This document shows, piece by piece, positions 36,896-49,740 of a stretch of DNA of 64,000 nucleotides. This DNA comes from Xylographa opegraphella. Lineage: Eukaryota. The stretch spans positions 1-64,000 of the forward strand of contig JALDZX010000038.1 of NCBI GenBank assembly GCA_022813865.1, given 5' to 3'. The position numbers and the translations under genes were made by a program. Below the pieces are notes generated by a model that ran no database searches, was not told the DNA's origin, and saw nothing but the letters and a program-made list of their open reading frames with translations. Numbering within the stretch: the stretch's first letter is position 1; every line of letters begins with the position of its first letter.

Positions 36896-38139
36896 ATGGC
36901 TTATCAGTATCAGCAGTATGATAGTTACTTTGTCATGAGTGACAATGACCATCGTGAAATGGTTAGGAGGGAGAGTGCCAAGGAGTATGAGGTCCACCAA
37001 AAGAAGCAAATTCAACTTCGTATGGCCGAGAGGCTCTCACGTCTTGCCAAAGAGGAGTATGGAGTAGACATACTAAGGCACATGGAGGAACAAGAGGTTT
37101 GTCTGCTCAGACGTTGCCAGCATCCATTCTAATGATTGTGCAGCTCAAAACGTTACCAGATGTAGCCTCTATCGACATTCAAAGTGAGATCCAATGGTTC
37201 ATGCGTCCGTACCTCCTCGACTTCTTAATTGAAGCTCATGCTTCATTCGCCCTGAATCCAGATACTCTTTTCTTGACGATCAATCTGCTCGACCGCTACT
37301 GCTCGAAAAGAATAGTGTATCGACGGCATTACCAGCTGGTTGGGTGCACGGCTCTGCTTATTGCTGCCAAGTACAGCGAGCCTGGCAAAAAGGTGCCCCA
37401 TATCAGAGAGTTAGCGAACATGTGCTGCCATCTATATGATGAAGATATGTTCACCCAAATGGAGCGACATGTTATGATAACCCTGGAGTGGGTCCTCGGC
37501 CCTCCAACCGTGGATGCCTTCCACCAGATAGCATTGGATGATGGAGACTACGATCCAGAACTTGAGCATATGGCGCGGTATATTGCAGAGATTGCCCTGT
37601 TTCACAAAGACTTCGTCTCAACTCGACCCTCCGAGATGGCTAAAGCAACCTTGGCGCTGTCACGTGTAATTCTCAATCGTCAACATCCACAGCCGCATGA
37701 GTGGGCGGCGGGATATGAACAGTCGACGCTCATCGCTCTTTCTCAAGTGGTTCGTCATCCGTCGCAAATACTTCTCCAGAAGTATAAGTCTTCCCACGTA
37801 TCAAGAACTTCGCTTGTTCTCAAGGATTTTCTTGCTCAACAGGATGCTGTTGCGAGACATCAAATGGCGCCGCCAACACCACCATGTGAACATTCGTCGT
37901 CAATGATGAAGGACAATGTAATGGCACCAGCATCATTTCACACGCCCCAAAAGTGCCAGTACCCTGTCAACATGCCCCGTGGATGCCTAACACCTCCAAT
38001 AACTCCGGAGTCTGACTGCTTTGGCAGTTTCAACCCTGGCTTGGATGCTCGAAAGTTTCCTGGAACGCCCACACCAATCAACCTGCAACCGCAGCCCGTG
38101 TATTGTGGTTCATACTATCAACCGACAGCCATGATGTGA
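36896..38139 (+). CDS. G1/S-type cyclin (Cln/Puc1-like), about 398 aa (exons 36896-37096 and 37144-38139)
   Basis: Cyclin box 'IDIQSEIQWFMRPYLLDFLIEAH...TLFLTINLLDRYCSKR.V..RHYQLVGC.ALLIAAKY'. C-terminal PEST/CDK sites PTPP, TPQK, LTPPITP. Confidence 0.92.
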
Positions 38140-39522
38140 ACGGGCGTCACGAAATACCCGTTCCTCCCCTTCTCCTATTCCTGGCAAAACTGAGGTGACC
38201 CACATTCTCGGATTACAGACGATAGCTGGCACCCCTTTTCACAACACGCGGAGACGTCACCCTGCTTCTTTCCACGGGCACCATCGGCCACGTCAAAGTT
38301 GTCAGAGCGGCCGTGTATCAACCGACTGTATTTAGATACAAACATCTGCCCTTCATCTTGCATTGTTAGCGTGCGCGCATCTCCTAGCATCATCTAGCGT
38401 TGTCGCTTTCCTGTCACGTTCGGGCATATACCAGATTGTCAAAAGTATTCGTGAGAAGTGGTAGGAAATATCAAAAGCGTTTTTACCTTTGATGTTTCCT
38501 GTGTGCTTTCTATGCTCGGCGGCGCATTGGATAATGCGTCCCAGTGGAGAGGGACTGTTGAAGGGCGAGTCCCCTGTGGACTCAGGGCTCTAATCTTGTG
38601 CTGTTCATTTGACGGAGCTGGGCAAATAATGCACATTCTGCTCGAGATGACCTACGCCTGTGAATTACTCTGGCTCGCAAATACACGAAATGAGCTCAAA
38701 GGGATCTGGTTCATTCATTCTTCACGTGATGCTGATCGGAATGCGTAGAAAAATAACGTGAAATTTACTCGTGCCTGATAGAGCTTAGACATATCCTGGT
38801 GACTGAACTCCTCGCACGTGATGCATGTGCTGACATACGCGGGAGGGGTGGAAGTCAGCGTCTTTTGACTGCACGTGATCTCCGCCAAGATTCCTCCACG
38901 AAAGACTGTGACAAAAATGGATTTCAATCTCCATTCCTCGTTTCTCGGTGCCCTCTGTGAACACTACTTCCACGAAGGTGCTGTGACTACCCGTGGGTCG
39001 AACGCCAGGAAGCACAACTGTCGCGATGGAAATTAGTTTTCCATTGGGATGGCTGTTTTTAATGCTTGCTCTAAATGCCCTTTTCGAGTTCAAGGGCGAC
39101 GGAGAGGGGCAACGACAGGCGTTGCACAGTTACTCAAATCACTCAGTGCAGGCGAGCGGGGCGAAAGCATGTTTCCGCAGTATTTAGTTTCTCACAGCGG
39201 GATTACGTGAACAGGTATACTCTAGAGCGTAAGCAGCAGTGCTCGATGTGCGTGAGATGGTGAGTGAAAACACAGACCTCTATTTCGATGACGAAAAGCA
39301 ATTTCAGGGGAAGATTTGGAGAAGGACATTAGGAATATCGTAGCAAGGGTATATCCTTCCGACGCCGAAAGATGCCCACAGCCAGCAGTAGAACTTCCCC
39401 AACTCCCTCCCGGTTTTATTCCGAATAGCGCCGCCTCGACTCCGGTGAACTCCGGTTCCATGCGTGCAAAAGGCTTCCTCGAGCTCTTTGTGACCTCGAG
39501 GACGGGTCACTTTCGACACCGC

Positions 39523-41331
39523 TTATAAACTGGCTAGGATGTCTTGATCAAATGCAGCATAGCTTGCTACTTTGATGCTCTTCGGGCGTATCACCGGCCA
39601 GCCAACGACAATCCTCCCCTCTTTGTCCAAACCGCGGGGTCCAAGCCCCTCTTCGAGGTTCGAGAAACTAGCTGCGGGTCGTGCTGCACTGAGCGCGTTC
39701 AGTATATCGTCGTTCCAAATCCCGGTACATTGGTTTCGTTGAAGTTGAAAATATGGATTCAGAAGTGGGCATGGCGAGTCCAGGTCGATGAAGCGGATTC
39801 GAAGAAATGTCACCTCTGGGTAGGCTTCCAAAGATCGCACGCTAGCCACAACTAGAGATTCAAAGGCTTTGATGAAAGCCCAGTTGTGGATTCCTGTGCC
39901 ATCGCTCCAGGTGTTTAGATCGCGGCAGCAATTCTTGATTATGAGATCTATTGATTTGAGTCGTGGCTTGTGCGATTGCTCGGCACAAGTAATAGACGTG
40001 GTGAACAAGCAGCTGCAAACACGACCAGTGAAGGTAAAAGCTTCGAGCCGCGGTAGCAGACGTCCGAGGTCCCGACACAGATGGTGGGTGTGCTGTAGTT
40101 GGCGCATCTTCATTGACCCGACTGTGTCCTTACTGTAGAAGCCTTCAAGGCACAGATTCAGATGAGTGAGTGTTGCTGGAATATGTCGGACGATCGAAGA
40201 CATCAGCCTATAAGCTTCGGTTTTAGGTTTTGCGTAAGTAGTGTGCCACTCCCGAAGATTAGGTAGTGCAGTTATTAACGTAACAAAGTGAGTATCTTCA
40301 CGCATTACGTTCCAGGCTCCTTTCATGACAAGCGTGCGTATCTTTGACAGCTCTGAAAGTTTTTGGGCTGTCGGATGATGCTTCGATGTTCGAAATTGTT
40401 GTATCATTGGTGGTTTCTTACAATGACCACCTTCGATTGTCAAAATGCAGGCCTCGGGAAATAAACAGCTCACACAACCAAAGATCTCGTCTAAGGTAGA
40501 ATTTGACGATGCCAGTTGATATGCTTGATTGATATTCTCTACTTCCTGAGGAATCCGTAGATTGGTGGCAAACATTGTATTCACTGTGTGCGGTCGTTCG
40601 TGTTGCTCGAGCGTCATCGAACCTGATAACTCCGGGGGTGGCTGTCCAGCTCGACGTTCCCACACAGGTACCCAGATCTCAATATGCCGCACGTACTGCT
40701 GCAGATGGGGATTCAGCAAAAACCAGTCAGCAGCTTCTTCCAGTCCTTGCTTGGTTCCCTTGATCTTAACTGTATGAGGATAAGCGAAACCCTAGCAAAA
40801 AGAATAGTGAGCCCCACCATGCCGGTAAAGCCTCTCCTGGATCATCCTTCGCCAGGTCCGCGAGACAAGAGCCAAATCCGAATGGTGCCTCCCTCTTGGA
40901 TGGCGCATTGCATTGCTCCAGTTCCGCATACCATGATTCCGACCCAGGCCGGACGAAGAAGTAGAGCTCAGCATACCCATGAGCATATCCAGGACTCCTT
41001 GTTGTATCTCTTCTGGTAGGTCTTGCAACTGTGGACGCTTTGTCATTTCCTCCGGCGCTTCATGTGACAGAACCGCCTGCAATCTCAGCGTATCCTCGAG
41101 GAGCTCTGGCAATTCTTGCGGATCCAGGGATTGCCTACGACGCTCACTAGCTTGCTTCGGCTGTTGAGTGGGTATTTGAAGCAACCTCCATCGTATTTCC
41201 TGGGGAGAAAGCTGGGAGGCATATGAGTGTGATGAAGATAGAAGGGTGGGTAGTTCGGTGAACATGGTGCCTGAATGCTGCAGGAGAGTGTCCATAAGTG
41301 ATGGCTTGCGCTTCGCAGAACAGTTGATCAT
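39523..41331 (-). CDS. Fungal F-box-like / leucine-rich hypothetical protein, 2 exons (intron about 40770-40817)
   Basis: F-box-like 'LQDLPEEIQQGVLDML...LALVSRTWRRMIQERLYRHV.I', followed by LRR-like 'LPNLREW', 'LTHLNL', 'LPRLE'. The start codon could be 41331 or a downstream ATG. Confidence 0.7.
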
Positions 41332-41844
41332 GGGTTGGGCGGGGACTGCCTGACGGAACCGAGCATTCCTGGCGCAGTGATAAGGAACAGCAGGTTACTG
41401 TACGGCGTCCTTTGCTGTGTAACTAAAGAGCGAAAGTTAATTGGGCCATGGCGGATGGATTCAGAAAGAGTGAGCTGCAAAAAGAAAGTGGCAGAAGTAA
41501 GAATAGGCCAACGTTGAAGCAGAGTGAGAGGAATCGGAGTTAATTACGTCGCAGGGTGAGGAGAGCCTAAGCCTTGCCGCGCTCCAGCCTCCGGTGGCTT
41601 GATTGGTGCCGACGCTAGCGTGTGATGCGGAACTCGATCGTGAACTCAATTGTCAGAAGTTGTTACTATCCAACGAAGTCAATACTGAGTATCAACAACT
41701 ATTGCTCTGAGCATGGGATGCTGTCTCATCGCCTTACCCAGAGATTATCGCCAACGAAATGATACAGGTCGGCAATCTCCCACCCCATCCCTTTCCATTT
41801 CAAGTACTCCTGTATCCAACTAACTGCATTTCCTGCGCTCACAC

Positions 41845-44800
41845 TCAGCTTGGAGGGCTGCTTCTAAGTCTTCTTCCTCCACCCACGAAAGCATTTTCTC
41901 TTCCTTCTAGCCGGATTACAGCTGCTTTTCCACGACCAGACTTCTGCGGCAATTTACTGTCCATAGTGGCATGTCTCTTAAGCGGCGGAGGCCCCATTAA
42001 GGACGATGACAGATGCAGAAGCTCTAACCCAGGCTTACTGCCAGAGGATTTTTCAGCGCTGCGCGATAGCGACGCATTGATGTTGACATGGACCTCTCGC
42101 AGTCCACCATCCATTGAACTCGGTCGCACAAGGGCTACATCCTCGGTCGGATAGTCCGTGTAGACGACCGACTTGCTTGGTGAAATCGGCACATCCAGGA
42201 TGTCTGAGAGGTCTTTTCCGATAGACGAGTTTACAGTATTCGAAAGAAGCTTGTCGTGAGGCTCGGTACGAGGAAGCGATGTTGGATACTGATACTGCAC
42301 TTTTTGAGGCGTTTCGCCTGTGGGTGAATATTCCATCAGTGCCGACCCCAGGATGTGGCCTCGAAGCTCCATAAGAGGTCCACGCAATGTGGAGTCAAGA
42401 TGCGGAAGTGTAATCCTAAGATCTTTGCCGCGCGCAGACATTAATGTATCATATGCTTGGATACGTTCTCCAGTAGAACTGAGATGATCCTCCATGTTGG
42501 CGTTGGACTTTTTGACAGATGTAGCCAGGCCTTCAAACGATCTGAGATGCGACTCATGGTGGCTTTCGTTCTGGAATCGGGCTCTTGTCACAAAATGGTC
42601 TAACGCCTGCATCTGCAACGCCATGTCCTTCATTTGTGCATCCACGATCCGGACAGTCTCTCCATGGACGGAGCGTGTCGTTGCCTGAATGGAAGTATTT
42701 TGTTCATTAACCGTTGTCCAGTCCTTCTTCATCTTGCCTTTGAGGAGTTCACGAGACCTTAGAACATCCTCGACAAGTGAGTTCTCCTTCTGTGACCATA
42801 TTTCCATAGCATCATTATATTTCTTGTCTGCGGCCTGCAGACCGGTCCGAGAACTTTTCATATCTACCTGTACTGCGTTGATCTTGCTAATTAATCGTTG
42901 TTCCTGTGTGGCTGCCGTTTCATTGACCAATTTCGTGATTTGAGCTAACAGATCTCCTCTTTCAGCCGCTGCACGTGCCTTCTCTTCCTCCAAGCATGAT
43001 TGAAGCTGAGCGGAAGCTTCAGCATCAGCTTTTAATGCCTCGTTTGTAGCGGTAGAAAGCTTCTTGCGCAGAGCATCGGCTTCAGCTTTTTGGGTGTTCA
43101 AGTGTTTCAGAAGTTCTTCAAAAATGTTCTTGAAATCTCGGCCGAGCGAGCTATAGGAGGTATGTAACTATGACCATTATCAGCATGTCTTTGTGCTTCT
43201 AATATTACTTGCAACTTACCTGGGTATGGAAATCTTCTAGCTCGTTGATAACCCCGGCTGATATCCGGCCGGCTGCCGCAGACAGTCCTTGGAGACCCTC
43301 GCCGACTTTTTCCTTTACATCTTCGCGAAGCACCTTAATCTCCTCCAGCACCTCATGCATCTCATCTCTGGCGGTCAGCGCTTGCCTGTGCACTGCTTCC
43401 TCCGATTCTTGAAAGTCCGAGTTTGCTTGTTGTAACGATACCTTACAAGTGTCCACTTCTTGCAGCTCTTGATTTACAAAAGCGGTCACCTGCGACGATA
43501 GCGATTCGAAAAGCTTTTGCTGGCTCAATTGAAATTCGCCAATGCGAGAATCAACAAGCTGCGTGACATGAGATACCTGTAACTGTGAGGAGGCCCAATT
43601 CGTTCGGTTCGATGATTGTAAGCTGTACTTCCTGTCAATTTTTGAGTGAAGACCATCGACATCGCTGACTACTTTGCTGAGAGTAGTAATAAGCTGGTCA
43701 CCTACAGTGGCAAGTTGGCTTTCCGTGTCCTCGTGCGCTTTTCGTAAAAGGCTTTCATCTGCCAGATTCTGCCGCGTGTTTGCCAGCACTATCTCGGTCT
43801 TTTCGAGTAACTCATGAGTGTCATCTAAAGCCTGTCGTGTGACCTCGTTGTCTTTTTTGAGGCTGGTGAAATTGCTGGTCAACGAGAACAATTCTTGCAC
43901 TTTGTTTCTCAGATTTGCTTCCATTGTCTCAATCTTGGCTTTTTGCTCCTCACTTAGAATCCGCCGAGACTCGCTTTCTACTGTAATCTCTTCGTAGCTC
44001 TCGTTTGATAAGTACACGCCGTTACGCTGTCGCGTAGCAACTAGTTCGCCCTTCAATTTTTCGATCTCCGCCGTAAATTCCTTTAGCAGAGTCTTCTTTG
44101 AAATCATTTGGTTTATTTGCGGCTTGTTTCGTATGTTCTTTGCGCGGAATGCATAGTCAAGAGTTGATATGGTTTCCTCAAGGTTCGATTTGGCGGGCGA
44201 TACTGTGGCGATAATGCAGGTTTTGGTTCTTCCACCCAAAGAGTCTTGCAAAAGCCGTGTCAGCTTAGATTCCCTGCCGAAAGTTTAGCAACAGCTAAGT
44301 CTGTAAGTGCGTCAACTTCTACCGATATGGGATATGCGAGCTTTTGTCAACAAGGGCGTTGATCACTCGACCCAGCGTAAGTAAAGACTTATTGATCAAC
44401 CCAGCCTCTGCGGCACGCTTGTTTTCCGCACCACTTCGTTGAATGTTTTCACTACCTGCTAGGTCTACAAGGTTCAGCTTTCCAGCGCTCACGAAATCTT
44501 GGCCATCCTCGGCCGTCCTCTTGATGTAAACTGTTACTGTAAAAACCGTGTGACTCCGCGAGCTCAGGTCGTTGCATTTGGTTGCTGCTACCTGTCTCTT
44601 ATGACTTCCTTCTTGAAGTAATCTGATTCCAGCGGCAGCAGTCTTGATGTGTGATTCCTCCATACCCTGTACTATTGTTGCGCTGTGGCCCTTTTTCTGT
44701 CCATCTTCGAATATCTTGAGCCTCGCATTTTCTTCAACTGACAGTAAATCCCTCAACTCTTCATTGTAAAGTTCAATGAAGGAGCATTTTACTGAGCTCT

Positions 44801-45484
44801 CAGCTTCATCTGTTTCGAGCTTGTCAAAGAGAGAATGTAAAACTCTAGGAATGATGCCAGCAGAGTCCGAAAGAAGTCCTAAGGTATCAGACATGTCACC
44901 GGACATCGTGTAGGTTTTCCCAGTTCCTGTCTGACCATATGCGAATATCGTGCAATTATACCCATGGAGCATCTGGTGCATGGGTCAATATGCTATTTTA
45001 CAGTATTGTGGGTCAGATACTCTACCTCCTCTAGTAACGGCGTTACTACATCTTCGTAGATCATGGACTGATCGGCTGCTGGAGAGAACACCTTATCGAA
45101 ATGGTAGGATTTGTTGCTTAGAGCACTTGGTCCCATCGATAACTCCACGGTCTTTCCTTTCACACCCTCTGTGGACACAACCACTCCACTGTTCTCCCTG
45201 ACTTCTCTGTCGTTCCGTCCTCGACAACGTACCACCACATGAATGTTTGTCTCCTCGCTGCCGTCCATCTCGAAATCCCGCTCTTTCCGCTTCAACGGCG
45301 TCCTTGGTTTCGAAGTAGCCGTAGAAGCAACACTACCAGTAGGAGATAAGGTGCCGGATTGCGTTCGCGCCTGTAGAACAGGCGCAACAGAGTGTGCTCT
45401 GCTAGCTGAGGGCCGAGGTACTGGTGGTCGCATTGATTGTTTTCGAGGTAGGAGACCTATTAGCGGTCGAGGATTACCAGCCAT
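41845..45484 (-). CDS. bimC: Kinesin-5 (BimC/Eg5) mitotic motor, 4 exons
   Basis: P-loop 'YGQTGTGKT', switch I 'NDLSSRSH', switch II 'LVDLAGSEN', coiled-coil stalk and BimC box 'PTGETPQK'. Confidence 0.95.
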
Positions 45485-45852
45485 GTCGGATATCGGGCAG
45501 GCTATAGAGAGGAGTTATAGAGTACGGGAGATAAATACATTCTATGGCTCCTCGGCACGGAGCGACGATGAGTAGTCTACTCCTGGGATGAAAACAGTTC
45601 AATGTTTACATTCGGCCCATCTGAAGTTCCGAGTGGGTCTTGGCACCCCTAACACAGGGTCAGCGGGGCGACTCGTCACAAGCGGGTGCCAGCCGCGATG
45701 ACAACCCCACCGTCAAGCTTCCGCATGGAGCATAAGATACGTTGTCCTTGGAGGCGCTGGAGCCAGCTCTCTTCGCTATCATATGTTTCGTAAGCTCTAC
45801 CACCAATATGCCTCAAGTATGATGCTTTCGTCTTTCAGCTTTAAGCCAGACC

Positions 45853-47474
45853 ATGGCCACTCTCCGAACACCGTTACCCGTCAATCCCGGCAAAGGGTTG
45901 GGCTTCATGAGTACCGTGATCTATCGACTTTTCGCTTTATTGTCGGCTAACCTCTCCTCTCAGTCCTGGGAGCATTCCTTCATGATATTCTGACACGACT
46001 CAAAGCCCAGCCGCATCTCTATCCCAAAATCGATGTAACATACTCTTCTTCGGAGCCTCTCGTTGCGCCAGTGGCTCTTGCGCTTACTCATAACGGTATC
46101 CGCTTACGCTTTGACGGACCCGATCAACGGTTACGATTGATAGAAGTTTTGAATTTCGCCAAAACACCTTTGACATACAAGAATGTGGATCTAGTAAAGC
46201 CGTCAGACGAGAATGAGGCAGAACCTATGAATGCCGGATCTACAAAGCCCAATGGGCCAGCTTTCCGGCAGGTTTACCATAAGCTGTTTGGCCCGACATT
46301 TCCTGGGGAATATCTACAGCCGAAAGAGCGAACGATGTATGCTACCGGGACATATGTGCTGTCATATCCAGGGGTTGCGATTTCATTTCCTCTCCGGGAT
46401 TCCGCTTGGTCAGAGAAGGCGGACTTCGTTGAGCTTTTATCTACTTCTGCCGCTTCCTCTGCTAATTGTCTCTCGATCTTCGATGGATCATCCTGGAGAG
46501 AAGCTCGTGAGGACCTCTATACCAGACCATGTCCTCACCCACGATCACTTGCCTTAGGCGGTCGTGGTCGAGATAATAGTCCAGATGAGATAGAGTTCGT
46601 CAAAATCTGTGGTCATGGACATATTGAGATGTTACGCAGGTCCTCACCGTCTTTCCATTTGATATTGAGTGAAACCACAACGCAAGATCTCGTAGCCGAG
46701 CTTGGCCCGCCAGACGCAATATACCGAAAGAATGATCGCCGACTATCAATACACAAAGCTCGCACTTGGTCCGGAGATCAGGCCCCTTATACCGGCTTAC
46801 CTGTTCAGCTTGACGGCTTGTCTGATACAGACCGTTCTTCGGTCAACAATAATACTGATGAGTCAGACTTTGATGATGCCCCCTTAGCCGTTAATAGCAG
46901 TGGAATTTCTACGGAATGCTTCTATAATTACTTTCAACATGGATTTGACATTTTTGTATCATGTCCATCATCGCCCTCGCCAGGGCTTGTCCCTTCCGAT
47001 ACAGATGAAGATCAATTGCCAATATCGACAAGTACAGATCGGCTCGTAGCCACCAAGTTACTTCTTCATGCTAACATACCCGGGTCTTATCCATTCAACC
47101 GCTATCGAAGGAGTCGTTGGTTCCTAGATCCCGGGCAGATCTGGGCTGATAACACCACCTTGAATTCCGAGTCTCGATTCGCAGTGATTTCTGCAGCGCT
47201 TCAGGATGCTTGGAGAGATACTTATGCCAATGCAGAACAAGCAAGGTCGTTGCAAAGAGCTATGGTGTTAAATCGTGGTTGGGGCGATAGTCCTGGTAGC
47301 AGCTGCGAGCTTCTAGGGGGTTGGGAGGAAAGTGGCGATGCGTCAAAGACAAACAGAGAAGGCCACGTTCCTGATGGTGCATCCGCGCTAGGAAACACAG
47401 AGCTATTCGGCTTCCCTGGCCTGCTCTTCGAGGTACTGAAGAACGACGCTGTGAGCTGTCTGACGGTATACTGA
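45853..47474 (+). CDS. UPF0183 family protein (PHAF1/C16orf70-like), 2 exons (intron about 45911-45963)
   Basis: 'PGKGLG', 'NGIRLRFDGPDQRLRLIEV', 'FGPTFPGEY', 'LSYPGVA', 'QDLVAELGPP', 'FYNYF..GFDI', 'LHANIPG.YPFNRY.R'. Confidence 0.85.
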
Positions 47475-48406
47475 GATGAGACTCGGCATTGAGAGAGTTG
47501 TAACAGTATCACTGCACTTGATCAGATCTCTGCCAGAGTCTGCGTTTATCCTTAGATTTATGATACCCAGTATTGGTCACTAATGAAGCCTTATTCTAAT
47601 TTGATCATTTTTATCATTCCGTCCGCGGGGGATTCGCTGTGCAATGCTGGTGCTGGCATGGAGATTATGATACGATCTCGGCCGATACTTAACCTTTGAC
47701 GCTTGTGAAGCTGGCAATCTTGCCATCGAGAAATGCAAGCTCATAGGATATGCCCAGATTAGTTAGGGCCCGCATTATACAGGGTGGGTGGAGAGCGGCT
47801 GGGCCTCTGAACCGCAAAGCAAGAAGGGCACGCGAGCCTGGAACGTGTCAAAGCTGCCAGGGAATTGGCAATGAGTAGTAAAGTAGACGCTGGTAAAGAT
47901 GCACGCCTGAATTTCGGCCACTTGAATAAGCGTTCCGTGAACACAATTGAAGTCCCCAAATAGCCAGCTCTGAAAATCTGAAAATCCGAAGCGGAAACCC
48001 CTGGCCACTAAGGTCGTAGTCAGCCAATATTACTGGAAGAAACAGAGTCTTCGCTCCAACGTGTTTACTAGCACTTTCCTGTAAATTCAAAGCAGTAGAT
48101 GAATAAGCTTCTACTTGCCCCTATTCTTTAAGCTTTGTAGGTCTAGTCAAGAGCTCCGCAGCATAACTAGAGGTAATCGTCAAGGAGTATGATTGAAAAC
48201 TCGTACCAGTAACTTTGGGGACTTTCTAGAAATCCTGGAAATCGCACAAGGGCGTACCTAGGTTTCCATATTGTTATAGTGATTCAAGTCACCACTATTT
48301 GTTTCCACTTCATGCGCGAATAGATTGGTCTTGCTTGCTTCAATACGCGATACTTCCCGTGCTGTAGACTGGTGTTATGTACCAACTGATTCAAGACCAT
48401 TGTGAA

Positions 48407-49408
48407 TCAATGCTCTGGTGGCAGGGTGTCTCTTGTGCGTATTCGGCAAGGTAGATTTCTCAAGTTGATAGGATCGGCATTGCATGGTAATATCAGCTCG
48501 AAATGACAAGGCCGCGTTACGGCTCTCGCAGGTTCCATTAAAGCAGCCTCCCTGGGGGTCCACGGCGCATTGTGCGAAGGTGAGAGAATTACGACTTCGA
48601 CATGCAGGTTCCGCAATCCTTCCATAGAAGCGAGCACTCGCCAGAACTGGATGGATACAGTCAAGTCCCAATCGACATCGAGCGTGGCCATCTGTTTCCA
48701 AAAATCAATGGTTCGAATGCACCATTTCAAACGAATAGCGGATATTGCTTGAAGTCGTTGGGGCAGAATTATTTTAGGTAGGCGGACTAGGCATTTTGGA
48801 CTGGCCACGTCAAAGGTGTTGCAGGAGTACAGGACATTGATGGCTTCGGAGTAGCTGTAGCAGTTCACCTCAGTGATAGTAAAGGAAATAAATCGGAGCT
48901 TTTTGCATTCAACCTACATTCGCCGGCATGTCAGCAGTGGGAACAGTAGCCTCCGGCCATCTGTAACCTTCAGAACGGATGTGCCTAGCGGAGGGCAGCG
49001 ACGATGGACAAAAGAATCTTCACTTTCTGGGGCACCGCAGATAATGCTACAGAGCCGGCCATGACATATGTCAACATGCAGCTTCATTCCACCCAGGCAA
49101 TCCTTCCATATGAGCCAGCGGAGCTCCGCAGGAAGCCTCGTGAAAAGAAAGGAGTTGTTCTGTAAGCATGTCTGTCGTCTTCTTATCATGAATGATGGAA
49201 GTGGAATGGTGAGAGACCGCTTTCGTGGGAGTTTGAGCTTTGCCAAAGCTGATTTTTTCAGTTGTTCGGCCCTCTTCGTCCTTTGCTGTTTCCGTGAACA
49301 CTCGTAGACAAGGATGAACGGTCCCATAATTATAATACCTAGGGCAAGCCAAATTCCCTCTTTGATTTGCTCCACTATCATCGAATCGCGCCCCGGCGGT
49401 CTGGCCAT
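48407..49408 (-). CDS. Fungal hypothetical protein (DUF7730-like), about 312 aa (exons 49408-48918 and 48854-48407)
   Basis: N-terminal TM segment, 'QNNSFLFTRLPAELRWLIW..CLG..KLH' and spliced 'LLTCRRIYSEAINVLYSCNTF', a pattern I associate with this expanded fungal family. Confidence 0.75.
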
Positions 49409-49541
49409 TGCTGTGCCTTCCGGTCTTGCTGTGCCTTCCGGTCTTGCTGTGCCTTTCGGTCTTGCTGTGCTTTCCGGTCTTGCTGTGCCTTCCGGTCTTG
49501 CTGTGCCTTCCGGTCTTGCTGTGCCTTCCGGTCTTACTGTG
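49408..49541. repeat. 18-bp minisatellite (TTGCTGTGCCTTCCGGTC), about 7.4 copies
   Basis: Seven full units, two with single C>T substitutions, plus a partial unit. Abuts the start codon of the minus-strand gene. Confidence 0.95.
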
Positions 49542-49557
49542 ACTTAATTGATGGGTA

Positions 49558-49740
49558 GTTGTGTTCGACTGTTGTGTTCGACTGTTGTGTTCGACTGTTG
49601 TGTTCGACTGTTGTGTTCGACTGTTGTGTTCGACTGTTGTGTTCGACTGTTGTGTTCGACTGTTGTGTTCGACTGTTGTGTTCGACTGTTGTGTTCGACT
49701 GTTGTGTTCGACTGTTGTGTTCGACTGTTGTGTTCGGACT
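49558..49740. repeat. 13-bp minisatellite (GTTGTGTTCGACT), about 14 copies
   Basis: Thirteen perfect units plus a last unit carrying a 1-nt insertion. Confidence 0.95.

Noticed and set aside
49408..49740. Tandem arrays as a CRISPR-like locus or a repeat-peptide (RiPP or pheromone) precursor
   Set aside because: No unique spacers and no cas genes, in eukaryotic DNA. No signal peptide or Kex2-delimited cores in a plausible ATG-initiated frame.
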